Source of the DNA: a virus
UHGV virus genome: UHGV-1428471
Strand: one strand, 5' to 3'
Length of the DNA: 24,250 nt
The notes under the pieces are model-generated. The model ran no database searches. It saw only the letters and a program-made list of their open reading frames with translations, and was not told where the DNA came from. The position numbers and the translations under genes were made by a program. The first letter of the stretch is position 1; each line of letters begins with the position of its first letter. This document shows positions 1 through 9,235 of the stretch, in pieces.

Positions 1-1
1 C

Positions 2-109
2 CGCGCGCTTGATGCGTTTATTGAGGGGATGACGCTGCATTTTGTCACCGACCGTAAGCCGCTATCGCGCGAGGAGATTTTGAGGATGGTTGAGAGGGTT
101 GCAGGGTAG
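2..109 (+). CDS. 3' end of an unidentified host gene (partial; upstream part outside window)
   Basis: Open frame from window edge to TAG at 107-109 (…[22 protein letters not shown]); GC-typical, immediately followed by the attL-like AT-rich region and the integrase. Product not recognised. Confidence 0.35.
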
Positions 110-126
110 TAGATAAATTTTAGATA

Positions 127-154
127 ACAAAAAACCCATTTATGTAAACGGGTT
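127..154 (-). terminator. Putative rho-independent terminator downstream of int (minus strand)
   Basis: Stem aaccc…gggtt (133-137 / 150-154) plus inner pairs, followed on the minus-strand transcript by a run of 6 U (plus-strand A-run about 129-134). Confidence 0.4.
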
Positions 155-158
155 AATG

Positions 159-190
159 AAAACAATAAGTTACAGTAAAAACAATAAGTT
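159..190. repeat. Two 13-bp direct repeats aaaacaataagtt (159-171 and 178-190) in the attL/int-proximal arm; candidate integrase arm-type binding sites
   Basis: Exact direct repeat read from the sequence between the host gene stop and the int stop codon. Confidence 0.4.
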
Positions 191-213
191 GGGTTGGTGG
201 TCAGTGGTGGTTA

Positions 214-1266
214 TTACGGGGTAATGCCAACCGCTGCCGCCACTTTGTCGCCACTTGGCAATGTTGCCAGAGGATTGAAACGGAGCGCCGTTTCCAGATG
301 ATCCGGTGCCAGATGTGCGTAACGCATAGTCATTTTTATATCGTGGTGTCCGAGAATTTTTTGTAAGGCCAGGATGTTTCCACCCGACATCATGAAGTGC
401 GCCGCAAACGTATGGCGCAGAACGTGTGTCAGTTGACCGCGAGGGAGCACGATAGACGTTTTTTCCAAAACGGATAAAAATTGAAAATAGCAGTCTGTGA
501 AGAAATTGAACCCATCAAGCGCCATGATCTCTTCGTAAAGCTCTTTACTGATAGGGATGCTTCTGTTTTTCTTCCCCTTCGTTCTTACAAAGGTAATTCG
601 GTATTTGGTCACTTGCGAGCGGGTAAGATTTATTGCTTCTCGCCAGCGTGCGCCTGTGCTTAGGCATATCTTGACTACCAGTGCCAGAATTGGGTCCTGA
701 CGTTTGCAATCAGCCAGCAGTTCAACAATCTGCTCATGGGTAAGCCATGCCATTTCTTTTTCTGCGATGGTGAATTTTCGCATGTTCTCCAGTGGGTTCG
801 GATACGACCATTCGCCCAGGCGGGATAGTTCGCTAAAAACACTACTTAGATAGCTTTGCTCCAGGTTAATGGTGACCGGGCTTGCTCCTTTCTTCCATTT
901 CTCGCTGAAGTAGATCTCTCCTGTCAGGCGTTTATCTCTATAGTGGGCAAACATTTTAGAGGTGAGATCGGTTGCAAGGGGATTGCCCAGAGCGTCAACC
1001 ATCAACAGCAGTTTGTCATAGACATGCTGCCCAGCTGTCAGAGATTTACCATGTAGTTTGAACCATAGCTCAACCACGTCTTTCAATGTCCGACGATCCA
1101 CTGGTTCGCCCAGCCAGGGCTTTGCTTCGGTTTCTTCCATCGTGTGACGCTCAAAAGCCAGAGCTTCGCCTTTAGTGGCGAATTGTTTACGCACACGACG
1201 CCCACTACGTCCGGCGGGGTAACATTCGCAAAGCCATTTCCCTGTGGTGAGTTTTCGTACTGCCAT
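214..1266 (-). CDS. int: Tyrosine-type site-specific integrase (P2/186 Int family)
   Basis: 350-aa ORF; C-terminal catalytic region with R…HxxR…Y signature (…LTHVLRHTFAAHFMMSGGNILALQKILGHHDIKMTMRYAHL…); position at the prophage end next to the att region. Confidence 0.9.
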   Translation of the reverse strand: MAVRKLTTGKWLCECYPAGRSGRRVRKQFATKGEALAFERHTMEETEAKPWLGEPVDRRTLKDVVELWFKLHGKSLTAGQHVYDKLLLMVDALGNPLATDLTSKMFAHYRDKRLTGEIYFSEKWKKGASPVTINLEQSYLSSVFSELSRLGEWSYPNPLENMRKFTIAEKEMAWLTHEQIVELLADCKRQDPILALVVKICLSTGARWREAINLTRSQVTKYRITFVRTKGKKNRSIPISKELYEEIMALDGFNFFTDCYFQFLSVLEKTSIVLPRGQLTHVLRHTFAAHFMMSGGNILALQKILGHHDIKMTMRYAHLAPDHLETALRFNPLATLPSGDKVAAAVGITP

Positions 1267-1354
1267 AAAGAAGCCCTCATATCAGAGGGCTAAATTTAAC
1301 TGTGCTTATATACAGTGGTCAATGTATGATTTCATTAAAACAGACAAGGGTGTG

Positions 1355-1990
1355 CTATAAATCTGCTCTTAAATTATTTTCAGGGTCATTAGCGATATTT
1401 CTTTGTGAATTATTAACTAAATCAGAAAATGTATTATCTCGGTCGTTAGATTTAGTTAATCCAATATTCGTATTTGTCGCTTCTAATTCAAGTATTGATG
1501 ACTCCATCTTCTGAATAATGGCTACACTATCTATAAAATAGTCGAAAATATATTGAAATGATACTGTGGGGCTTTTCCCATGAGCGAAATCATTTCTGGC
1601 TCTATTTAAAGATTTCAACGAATCACGTAATTTATTTGAATGCGGATCGTTCTTGATTTTGTCCTTAAAGTTGTTACACCAGTTATTATCAAATGAACCA
1701 AGTGCCTTACAAATATTATCGTAATTAGGGTTCATTGAACTATTTCTGAATTTTTCATCAATGAATCTTTGTATTTGTTCACTATGTTGATCATATTTAT
1801 GATCGCTAATGATTGTTTTGAAAGAATATTCAATGGTTCCGCAGGTTCTAATAATTGAATATCGTGTTAAATATTTAACAATAGTTGTAGTGGGGCCAGA
1901 AGATTCTATCATCTTCTCTATACTCTCAAGTTCCTTTAAACAATCTATAATGCTATTTTTAGCATTATTATTAACGATATTGAATGCCAT
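1355..1990 (-). CDS. HEPN-like protein (Rx4H motif; MAE_28990-type), second gene of the DUF262-HEPN module
   Basis: ORF 1355..2023 in the track; internal ATG at 1990 has a better SD (GGAG 7 nt upstream). Contains RNDFAH (Rx4H) near the C-terminal third; very AT-rich coding sequence; overlaps the stop of the upstream DUF262 gene. Confidence 0.6.
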   Translation of the reverse strand: MAFNIVNNNAKNSIIDCLKELESIEKMIESSGPTTTIVKYLTRYSIIRTCGTIEYSFKTIISDHKYDQHSEQIQRFIDEKFRNSSMNPNYDNICKALGSFDNNWCNNFKDKIKNDPHSNKLRDSLKSLNRARNDFAHGKSPTVSFQYIFDYFIDSVAIIQKMESSILELEATNTNIGLTKSNDRDNTFSDLVNNSQRNIANDPENNLRADL

Positions 1991-3125
1991 AAAGAAACTC
2001 CAGTGCCATTGAAATTCTTCCATGTATATTTTCTATCTGCATTGTACCAGATGTGATATGTGACCGAAATGTCTGATTTTGTAGTAACTCATTTCTTTTA
2101 TGCTCTAGATCGTTAGTGTTTATATCTTCACCTGAATTTAATGCAATGGATGTTGCGACATATAATGCATCAAAAATGGTTGGATAAAAACGACGACGTA
2201 TACGTGATGGATCTGATTGGATTATATTAAAGAATGCATCTGGTCCTATATTATCATGAATAAAATTAATGGTGTTTTCAAAATCGGTTTTAATGGTGTC
2301 GATCATGTCAGAGGTGTTATTTGCTTTATCACCCATATATTCATTAAGGAGTTTTTTTAGCGAAATATTTGCTGGTTCATGACTCTTTATTTTCTGCGTG
2401 TTAAGAGCCAAGCCTCTTAGAATGAATTCCATATCTCTCATTCGTGCATCTGGTTTATTAGAACCGAATAAAGTACGCCATTTGATATTATTGTTTAGTT
2501 CTATCAATAGAGTATTTAATTTCCCTTGATATACGCAATTACGTATTTCTTGAGCCATTAGTGAACGTCCACCAGTATTTATACGCTCAAAAATTTGATA
2601 TAGGCTAGTATCATCGTTCGACGGAACGGTTTGCTCAAAGATTATAGCGTGTATAGTTGTTGAGCGAATTTTCTTTTTTTCTGAAACTGTAAGTTCATTA
2701 AAGGCCTTACCACGCCATTTTGCATTAATTTTTCTACTATCGGAAAGTTTAAAGACTCTACTATCTTTTGACCATATACCTGTCACATAATCATAGACAG
2801 TCATGATTCTCTGAAAACCATCTATAATGAGTTTGTTTTCGTCAGACGTATTTGCTAAAAAAATACTCGGAACAGGAAGACCTAGCAATAATGAGTCTAT
2901 AAATCTACTGGCTTCGACTTTATCCCAAACATAATTTCTTTGAAGTTCTGGTTTCTGAAGTTCGCCCTCATCATACATTGTAATAAGTTCTCTAAAAGAT
3001 AAATCGGCCCCCCATGAGTTTATATTGTATAAATCATCATTTGAGTAAGAATCGTTCTGTTCTTCTTCGATTATCTCTATTGTGTCCTCAAGAGAATTAT
3101 TATTGATATAATTGCTGTCAGTCAT
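1971..3125 (-). CDS. DUF262 / ParB-like (GmrS-type) domain protein, candidate defence NTPase/nuclease
   Basis: N-terminal motifs ELQRNYVW and IIDGFQRIMT (DGQQR-like) typical of DUF262 as I recall it; ATG at 3125 with GAGG SD, 1 nt after the repressor stop (TAAaATG coupling); AT-rich. Confidence 0.65.
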   Translation of the reverse strand: MTDSNYINNNSLEDTIEIIEEEQNDSYSNDDLYNINSWGADLSFRELITMYDEGELQKPELQRNYVWDKVEASRFIDSLLLGLPVPSIFLANTSDENKLIIDGFQRIMTVYDYVTGIWSKDSRVFKLSDSRKINAKWRGKAFNELTVSEKKKIRSTTIHAIIFEQTVPSNDDTSLYQIFERINTGGRSLMAQEIRNCVYQGKLNTLLIELNNNIKWRTLFGSNKPDARMRDMEFILRGLALNTQKIKSHEPANISLKKLLNEYMGDKANNTSDMIDTIKTDFENTINFIHDNIGPDAFFNIIQSDPSRIRRRFYPTIFDALYVATSIALNSGEDINTNDLEHKRNELLQNQTFRSHITSGTMQIENIHGRISMALEFLYGIQYR

Positions 3126-3126
3126 T

Positions 3127-4077
3127 TTAACCTCTAACATTATTAATGGATAATACGATCTTTGCAATAAATTCGATTTCGTTTATTGAACATTCAAAAA
3201 CTATGTTTTTATTTTTTACTTGAATTTTTTCATTAGGTAATTTAGTGATTGTTCGAATACTGATATCTCCATCAATACCAACGATCCACTCGCCATCTAT
3301 AATATTATTGAATCTTTTTTCACAAATGTAAAAGTTATTTACATTTTCAATCAAACAAGGAAATATCGTATTTTCAGGTAACAGATTTTTATCAAATATC
3401 GAGTTCCCGCTCTCAATTAATTTTGCATTATTTAGAGTAAACTTTGGTATATTTATACAGTTTAAACTGCTATTTTTTTCTATTTTATCTCCTTTCCCAA
3501 AGGCTAACCACGTGATGGATACTCCTGTTTCGATAGCACACTGAATTACCCAATCAGCAGGAAAAGTATCACGCATATATCGTGTGGCTAACGTGCTTTT
3601 TGAAATACCAAGGTGATCAGCTAAGGCTTGACGTGTCTTGTAACCGTAAGCTTCAACAATTCGTTCTATTACTGCTTTTCCTCCATGAGTGAAATTCATG
3701 TGGATTTCATTATCGAACAGAGTGGGGGAAGAGTGAACTTTGTCGCAAAGTCCATCTTCGGTTTGTTTTTCAGCATGTTGTTCTAGTGAAGAAGATGACA
3801 TTCTTTCTTTAACACCTGAACCAAATGCTAGCCATTCAATTGATGCGCCTGTCTCCATCGAGCAGATAACAACCCAATCTGCTGGAAATGTATCGCGGGC
3901 ATATCTGTTAGCCATCGTGCTTTGGGAAATACCTAGGTGATTACAGAATGCCTGGCGTGACTTGAAGCCATAAGCCATGAGGATCCGCTCAATTACTTTC
4001 TGACCACCGCGATTCTGTATGACAGCGGCTTTCATATCGTCATTCATATGGCGAAATGTGAATTTTTGAGTTGACAT
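3127..4077 (-). CDS. CI-like immunity repressor with tandemly duplicated 186-CI-type HTH domain and an AT-rich C-terminal domain
   Basis: Two internal copies of the same about 70-aa segment (GGQKVIERILMAYGFKSRQAFCNHLGISQSTMANRYARDTFPADWVVICSMETGASIEWLAFG and GGKAVIERIVEAYGYKTRQALADHLGISKSTLATRYMRDTFPADWVIQCAIETGVSITWLAFG); divergent from the apl/cII operon as in the 186 switch. Confidence 0.7.
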   Translation of the reverse strand: MSTQKFTFRHMNDDMKAAVIQNRGGQKVIERILMAYGFKSRQAFCNHLGISQSTMANRYARDTFPADWVVICSMETGASIEWLAFGSGVKERMSSSSLEQHAEKQTEDGLCDKVHSSPTLFDNEIHMNFTHGGKAVIERIVEAYGYKTRQALADHLGISKSTLATRYMRDTFPADWVIQCAIETGVSITWLAFGKGDKIEKNSSLNCINIPKFTLNNAKLIESGNSIFDKNLLPENTIFPCLIENVNNFYICEKRFNNIIDGEWIVGIDGDISIRTITKLPNEKIQVKNKNIVFECSINEIEFIAKIVLSINNVRG

Positions 4078-4165
4078 ATTCTTTATGCGAACCTATTCTC
4101 CGTTTTGTGATGTTGTTATCACGATTAAAACCAGCTCACCACAAGCTAAAAGGAGATGTTGCATC
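4078..4165. promoter_or_regulatory. Lysis/lysogeny switch region (divergent pR/pL-type promoters) with 16-bp palindrome GTGATgttgttATCAC at 4107-4122 as candidate operator
   Basis: Intergenic region between the divergently oriented repressor and apl/cII genes; perfect 5-bp inverted repeat arms read directly. Confidence 0.45.
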
Positions 4166-4387
4166 ATGACCCCTAACATTTCAATAACTCTGAATACACC
4201 ACACGTCACAATCGAGCGTTATAGCGAACTTACTGGTCTTTCAATCGACACAATCAACGATATGCTGGCAGATGGTCGCATCCCTCGGCATCGTCTTCGT
4301 AAAGACAAAAAAAGAGAAAAGGTAATGATCAACCTTGCTGCTCTTACCGTTGATGCACTTACTGATTGCAATGTTGTATTCAACTAG
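4166..4387 (+). CDS. apl: Apl/Cox-like small HTH excisionase/lytic-operon regulator
   Basis: 73-aa ORF (internal ATG of the 4085..4387 frame) with SD aaaaGGAGa; first gene of the rightward operon directly upstream of the CII homologue, as in 186. Confidence 0.5.
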   Translation: MTPNISITLNTPHVTIERYSELTGLSIDTINDMLADGRIPRHRLRKDKKREKVMINLAALTVDALTDCNVVFN

Positions 4388-4419
4388 TTCCATTTTGGGA
4401 TGTATCAGGGGTGTCGACT

Positions 4420-4929
4420 ATGTTTGATTATCAAGTTTCCAAACATCCACATTTTGATGAAGCATGTCGTGCATTTGCATTGCGCCACAACTTGGTGCAA
4501 CTGGCAGAACGTGCAGGCATGAAAGTGCAGATTCTGCGGAACAAGCTGAATCCAGCTCAACCTCATTTATTAACCGCACCAGAAATCTGGCTGCTTACCG
4601 ATCTGACTGAAGATTCAACGCTGGTAGATGGTTTTCTGGCGCAGATTCACTGCCTGCCATGTGTACCGATTAATGAGGTAGCAAATGAGAAACTGCCGCA
4701 TTACGTCATGAGTGCAACCGCAGAGATCGGGCGTGTTGCTGCAGGTGCGGTATCTGGCGATGTAAAAACCAGTGCAGGTCGTCGTGATGTTATCAGCAGC
4801 ATTAACTCTGTAACACGACTGATGGCGCTGGCGGCTGTTTCATTGCAGGCCCGTTTACAGGCTAATCCTGCGATGGCGAGTGCAGTTGATACCGTGACTG
4901 GCCTCGGTGCTTCATTCGGTTTGCTGTGA
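4420..4929 (+). CDS. cII: CII-like lysogeny-establishment activator (186 CII family)
   Basis: Protein begins [34 protein letters not shown]… and ends …GLGASFGLL, closely matching my recollection of phage 186 CII; position after apl. Confidence 0.6.
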   Translation: MFDYQVSKHPHFDEACRAFALRHNLVQLAERAGMKVQILRNKLNPAQPHLLTAPEIWLLTDLTEDSTLVDGFLAQIHCLPCVPINEVANEKLPHYVMSATAEIGRVAAGAVSGDVKTSAGRRDVISSINSVTRLMALAAVSLQARLQANPAMASAVDTVTGLGASFGLL

Positions 4930-4936
4930 GGTGCTT

Positions 4937-5137
4937 ATGCTGACGAAAGAACCATCATTTGCATCGCTGCTGGTAAAACAAAGCCCGGCAATGCACTACG
5001 GTCACGGCTGGATCATGGGTGAGGATGGTAAACGCTGGCATCCGTGCCGTTCACAAGATGAATTGCTGGCAGAACTATCTACGAAAAAACGGGGGAACAA
5101 ATGGCTATTGAAGGCGCTGCGGCGACTGTTCCATTAA
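4937..5137 (+). CDS. Small early-operon hypothetical protein
   Basis: 66-aa ORF from ATG at 4937 (SD GAGG), GC-typical, within the rightward early operon. Confidence 0.35.
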   Translation: MLTKEPSFASLLVKQSPAMHYGHGWIMGEDGKRWHPCRSQDELLAELSTKKRGNKWLLKALRRLFH

Positions 5138-5442
5138 GCCCCGGTGAACGCCTGAATGGACTTAATCACATAGCGGAATTAAGGGCGAAAGTTTTTGGCC
5201 TGAATATTGAGTCAGAGCTTGAGCGGTTTATTAAAGATATGCGTGATCCACGGGATATCAATAACGAACAAAATAAACGAGCACTGGCAGCCATATTCTT
5301 TATGGCAAAAATTCCGGCTGAACGTCATAGCATCAGCATCAATGAGCTGACCACTGACGAAAAGCGGGAGTTGATTAAAGCAATGAATCATTTTCGTGCA
5401 GTGGTGAGCTTATTTCCCAGACGGCTAACCATGCCGAATTAA
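5101..5442 (+). CDS. Early-operon hypothetical protein
   Basis: 113-aa ORF with SD GGGGG about 5 nt upstream of ATG; no recognised motif. Confidence 0.45.
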   Translation: MAIEGAAATVPLSPGERLNGLNHIAELRAKVFGLNIESELERFIKDMRDPRDINNEQNKRALAAIFFMAKIPAERHSISINELTTDEKRELIKAMNHFRAVVSLFPRRLTMPN

Positions 5443-5509
5443 CCAACTAATGAAATTAATGGCGTAAACCCGCCGAGCATCCCTTTATCTAAATTCAGGA
5501 GAATTGATT

Positions 5510-5743
5510 ATGCGTAATATTGAAATCCTCACGACTAAAACCGGACCGGATGATGCTGGGCTTAATATTTTACTGACAGAGGCTCGTCTGGAAGAACGCC
5601 GGGCAAGGGCTGAAGCAATGGCAGCTCGCCTTGATAGCCTGGCGTGTCATATCTCATCCCGTCAGCTAAACCACGTGGAAGCGGCAGAACTGCTGCGTGT
5701 GACTGCTGAAGCAATCCAGAACGAAGCGCAGGAGATCCACTAA
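5510..5743 (+). CDS. Early-operon hypothetical protein (P2 orf80/81-position)
   Basis: ATG at 5510 preceded by AGGAG; stop overlaps start of next gene (TAATG). Confidence 0.5.
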   Translation: MRNIEILTTKTGPDDAGLNILLTEARLEERRARAEAMAARLDSLACHISSRQLNHVEAAELLRVTAEAIQNEAQEIH

Positions 5744-5970
5744 TGGCTGATGCAATGGATCTCGTACAGCAGCGCGTTGAAGAAGAACGCCAGCGCCATA
5801 TCCGTGCTGCCCGTGCCAAAACACCGGGCGTGTCTCGCGTGCTTTGCATTGAGTGTGAAGCGCCAATTCCGCCAGCACGCCGCCGTGCCATTCCGGGTGT
5901 GCAGCTTTGCATTACCTGCCAGGAAATTGCAGAGCTGAAAGGCAAACATTACAACGGAGGTGCTGTATGA
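5743..5970 (+). CDS. TraR/DksA-family C4 zinc-finger protein (P2 orf82-like)
   Basis: 75 aa with CIECEAP…CITCQE (CxxC-N17-CxxC) pattern; translationally coupled to flanking genes. Confidence 0.65.
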   Translation: MADAMDLVQQRVEEERQRHIRAARAKTPGVSRVLCIECEAPIPPARRRAIPGVQLCITCQEIAELKGKHYNGGAV

Positions 5971-6824
5971 GCACCATCCTGAAATGGGCGGGAAATAAAA
6001 CCGCCATTATGTCCGAACTGAAAAAACACCTTCCTGCTGGCCCGCGACTGGTTGAACCTTTCGCGGGTTCCTGTGCTGTGATGATGGAGACGGATTACCC
6101 CAGCTATCTGGTTGCGGATATTAATCCTGATTTAATCAACCTCTATAAAAAGGTTGCCGCTGATTGTGAATCGTTTATATCTCGCGCCAGAGTTTTATTT
6201 GAGATCGCAAACAGGGAGGTGGCTTATTACAACATAAGGCAGGAGTTTAATTACTCCACTGAAATTACTGATTTCATGAAAGCGGTATATTTCCTGTATC
6301 TCAATCGTCATGGTTACCGTGGATTATGTCGCTATAACAAGAGCGGGCATTTCAACATTCCGTACGGTAATTATAAAAATCCGTATTTCCCTGAAAAAGA
6401 AATTCGCGCATTTGCAGAGAAAGCCCAGCGTGCAACGTTTATCTGCGCAAGCTTTGATGAAACGCTGGCGATGCTGCAGGTGGGGGATGTGGTGTATTGC
6501 GATCCGCCGTATGACGGTACGTTTTCCGGCTATCACACTGATGGCTTCACTGAAGATGACCAGTATCACCTGGCATCCGTTCTTGAACATCGATCATCTG
6601 AAGGTCATCCGGTCATTGTTTCTAACAGTGACACATCCCTGATTCGTTCGCTGTATCGCAATTTCACTCACCACTACATCAAGGCAAAACGCAGCATCGG
6701 CGTGTCGGCTGGCGAGAGTAAATCTGCAACAGAAATCATTGCTGTTTCCGGGGCGCGCTGCTGGGTGGGATTTGATCCTTCGCGTGGCGTAGATAGTTCT
6801 GCTGTGTACGAGGTGCGTGTATGA
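5967..6824 (+). CDS. dam: DNA adenine (N6) methyltransferase, Dam-like
   Basis: [11 protein letters not shown]…EPFAGSCAV (SAM-binding FxGxG) and DPPY motif ([11 protein letters not shown]); internal ATG of the 5907 frame overlapping the upstream stop (ATGA). Confidence 0.8.
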   Translation: MSTILKWAGNKTAIMSELKKHLPAGPRLVEPFAGSCAVMMETDYPSYLVADINPDLINLYKKVAADCESFISRARVLFEIANREVAYYNIRQEFNYSTEITDFMKAVYFLYLNRHGYRGLCRYNKSGHFNIPYGNYKNPYFPEKEIRAFAEKAQRATFICASFDETLAMLQVGDVVYCDPPYDGTFSGYHTDGFTEDDQYHLASVLEHRSSEGHPVIVSNSDTSLIRSLYRNFTHHYIKAKRSIGVSAGESKSATEIIAVSGARCWVGFDPSRGVDSSAVYEVRV

Positions 6825-9235
6825 GTCATGACGATATGAGCAACTCTAGCGGCTTTAACGAGGCCGCTGCATCATTTTCATGGAACGGCCCGAAAAAGGC
6901 CATTAACCCTTATCTGGACCCGGCGGAATTTGCGCCGGAGTCTGCACTTTCAAACCTGATCACTCTGTATGCTGCCGATAACGAGCAGGAACAACTGCGC
7001 CGCGAGGCACTGAGTGAGCAGGTCTGGGAGCGTTATTTCTTTAATGAATCCCGTGATCCTGTCCAGCGCGAAATGGAGCAGGATAAGCTCATTAGCCGCG
7101 CAAAGCTTGCGCATGAGCAGCAGCTTTTTAACCCGGACATGGTCATTCTGGCAGATGTCAGCGCCCAGCCTACCCACATCAGCAAGCCGCTGATGCAACG
7201 TATCGAATACTTCAGCAGCCTGGGCAGGCCAAAGGCTTATTCCCGCTATTTGCGTGAGACGATTAAGCCATGTCTGGAGCGACTGGATTGTGTACGCGAC
7301 AGTCAGCTATCCGCTTCTTTCCGTTTTATGGCAAGCCATCAAGGGCTTGAGGGCCTGCTGATCCTGCCTGAAATGAGTCAGGATCAGGTAAAACGCCTGT
7401 CCACCCTAGTAGCTGCGCATATGAGCATGTGCCTTGATGCCGCTTGTGGCGATTTATATGCCACCGATGACGTTAAGCCAGAAGAAATCCGCAAGACATG
7501 GGAAAAGGTGGCAGCGGAAACCCTGCGACTGGATGTTATCCCGCCTGCGTTTGAGCAACTCCGCCGGAAAAGAAACCGCCGCAAACCCGTGCCCTATGAA
7601 CTCATACCGGGTTCGCTGGCACGTATGCTTTGCGCCGACTGGTGGTATCGAAAATTGTGGAAGATGCGTTGCGAATGGCGGGAAGAGCAGTTGCGTGCTG
7701 TCTGCCTGGTCAGCAAAAAAGCATCTCCCTATGTCAGCTATGAAGCCGTGACGCATAAACGTGAGCAGCGCCGTAAGTCGCTGGAGTTTTTCCGTTCTCA
7801 TGAACTGGTGAACGAAGACGGCGACACGCTGGATATGGAAGATGTGGTAAACGCCAGCAGCAGCAACCCGGCACATCGCCGCAATGAGATGATGGCCTGT
7901 GTTAAAGGTCTGGAGCTTATCGCGGAAATGCGCGGTGACTGCGCCGTTTTCTACACCATCACCTGTCCGTCACGTTTCCATTCCACGCTAAATAACGGCA
8001 GGCCCAACCCGACCTGGACAAATGCGACGGTAAGACAAAGCAGTGATTATCTGGTCGGCATGTTTGCTGCATTTCGTAAGGCGATGCACAAAGCCGGATT
8101 GCGCTGGTATGGCGTGCGGGTGGCTGAGCCGCATCATGACGGTACAGTTCACTGGCACCTGTTGTGTTTTATGCGCAAAAAAGATCGCCGCGCCATTACT
8201 GCTTTGTTGCGTAAGTTTGCCATTCGTGAAGACCGCGAGGAGCTGGGTAATAACACAGGACCACGCTTTAAGTCTGAGCTGATAAACCCGCGCAAAGGTA
8301 CGCCAACAAGCTACATCGCGAAATACATCAGTAAGAACATTGACGGGCGTGGTCTGGCTGGCGAGATCAGCAAGGAAACGGGTAAATCCCTGCGTGATAA
8401 CGCTGAATACGTTAATGCCTGGGCGTCTCTGCATCGTGTTCAGCAATTCCGCTTCTTTGGTATTCCAGGGCGTCAGGCTTACCGTGAACTGCGGTTGTTG
8501 GCTGGTCAGGCGGCAAGGCAGCAGGGTGACAAAAAAGCAGGTGCGCCGGTACTGGATAACCCGCGCCTTGATGCCATCCTGGCTGCTGCTGATGCTGGCT
8601 GTTTTGCCACCTACATTATGAGGCAGGGCGGCGTGCTGGTTCCTCGCAAATATCACTTGATCAGAACCGCTTATGAAATCAATGAAGAGCCGACCGCCTA
8701 TGGCGATCACGGTATTCGTATTTATGGCATCTGGTCACCCATTGCAGAGGGCAAGATCTGCACTCATGCAGTGAAGTGGAAAATGGTTCGTAAAGCCGTT
8801 GACGTTCAGGAGGCGGCAGCCGACCAGGGCGCTTGCGCCCCTTGGACTCGTGGCAATAACTGTCCCCTTGCTGAAAATTTGAACCAACAGGAGAAAGATA
8901 AATCAGCAGATGGGGATACCAGAACTGATATTACCTGCATGGATGACAAGGAATTGCACGATTACCTGCACAATATGAGCAAAAAAGAGCGCCGGGAACT
9001 GGCAGCAAGATTACGCCTGGTTAAACCGAAACGGCGTAAAGACTACAAACAGCGAATTACAGAGCATCAGCGTCAGCAGCTCGTCTATGAACTGAAGTCC
9101 AGAGGATTTGATGGCAGCGAGAAAGAGGTCGATTTGCTCCTTCGCGGTGGCAGTATTCCGTCAGGAGCAGGCCTGCGTATCTTCTATCGGAACCAGCGTT
9201 TGCAGGAAGATGATAAGTGGCGGAACCTGTATTAA
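6821..9235 (+). CDS. A: Replication initiation protein A (rolling-circle nickase, P2 gpA family)
   Basis: 804-aa ORF in the position of P2/186 A, downstream of the early operon; size matches gpA; ATGA overlap with dam stop. Confidence 0.8.
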   Translation: MSHDDMSNSSGFNEAAASFSWNGPKKAINPYLDPAEFAPESALSNLITLYAADNEQEQLRREALSEQVWERYFFNESRDPVQREMEQDKLISRAKLAHEQQLFNPDMVILADVSAQPTHISKPLMQRIEYFSSLGRPKAYSRYLRETIKPCLERLDCVRDSQLSASFRFMASHQGLEGLLILPEMSQDQVKRLSTLVAAHMSMCLDAACGDLYATDDVKPEEIRKTWEKVAAETLRLDVIPPAFEQLRRKRNRRKPVPYELIPGSLARMLCADWWYRKLWKMRCEWREEQLRAVCLVSKKASPYVSYEAVTHKREQRRKSLEFFRSHELVNEDGDTLDMEDVVNASSSNPAHRRNEMMACVKGLELIAEMRGDCAVFYTITCPSRFHSTLNNGRPNPTWTNATVRQSSDYLVGMFAAFRKAMHKAGLRWYGVRVAEPHHDGTVHWHLLCFMRKKDRRAITALLRKFAIREDREELGNNTGPRFKSELINPRKGTPTSYIAKYISKNIDGRGLAGEISKETGKSLRDNAEYVNAWASLHRVQQFRFFGIPGRQAYRELRLLAGQAARQQGDKKAGAPVLDNPRLDAILAAADAGCFATYIMRQGGVLVPRKYHLIRTAYEINEEPTAYGDHGIRIYGIWSPIAEGKICTHAVKWKMVRKAVDVQEAAADQGACAPWTRGNNCPLAENLNQQEKDKSADGDTRTDITCMDDKELHDYLHNMSKKERRELAARLRLVKPKRRKDYKQRITEHQRQQLVYELKSRGFDGSEKEVDLLLRGGSIPSGAGLRIFYRNQRLQEDDKWRNLY

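Noticed and set aside
481-1280. Small ORFs on both strands inside or overlapping the integrase gene (481..663, 856..1056, 1083..1280)
   Set aside because: Embedded in the integrase coding region; no signals; integrase frame is clearly the real one.
1302-2012. Plus-strand ORFs 1302..1514 and 1809..2012 overlapping the HEPN-like gene
   Set aside because: AT-rich antisense frames with Ile/Leu/Phe-rich low-complexity translations; the minus-strand gene has the motif and operon context.
4085-4165. N-terminal extension of the apl ORF (track start at 4085)
   Set aside because: The extension would run through the switch/operator region and has no SD; the ATG at 4166 with an AAGGAG-like SD is the more plausible start.
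5562-5949. Reverse-strand ORFs (127, 70, 69 aa) overlapping the small early genes and the TraR-like gene
   Set aside because: Antisense to a tightly coupled plus-strand operon with good ribosome-binding sites; no support for expression.
5907-5966. Upstream extension of the Dam ORF (track start 5907) and of J (21601) and L (17189)
   Set aside because: In each case the extended start overlaps the preceding gene substantially and lacks an SD, whereas an internal ATG with a good SD gives the canonical protein length.
7988-8710. Reverse-strand 240-aa ORF and several 60-140-aa ORFs inside replication gene A
   Set aside because: All lie within the 804-aa A gene on the opposite strand or in other frames; no start signals; treated as frame noise.
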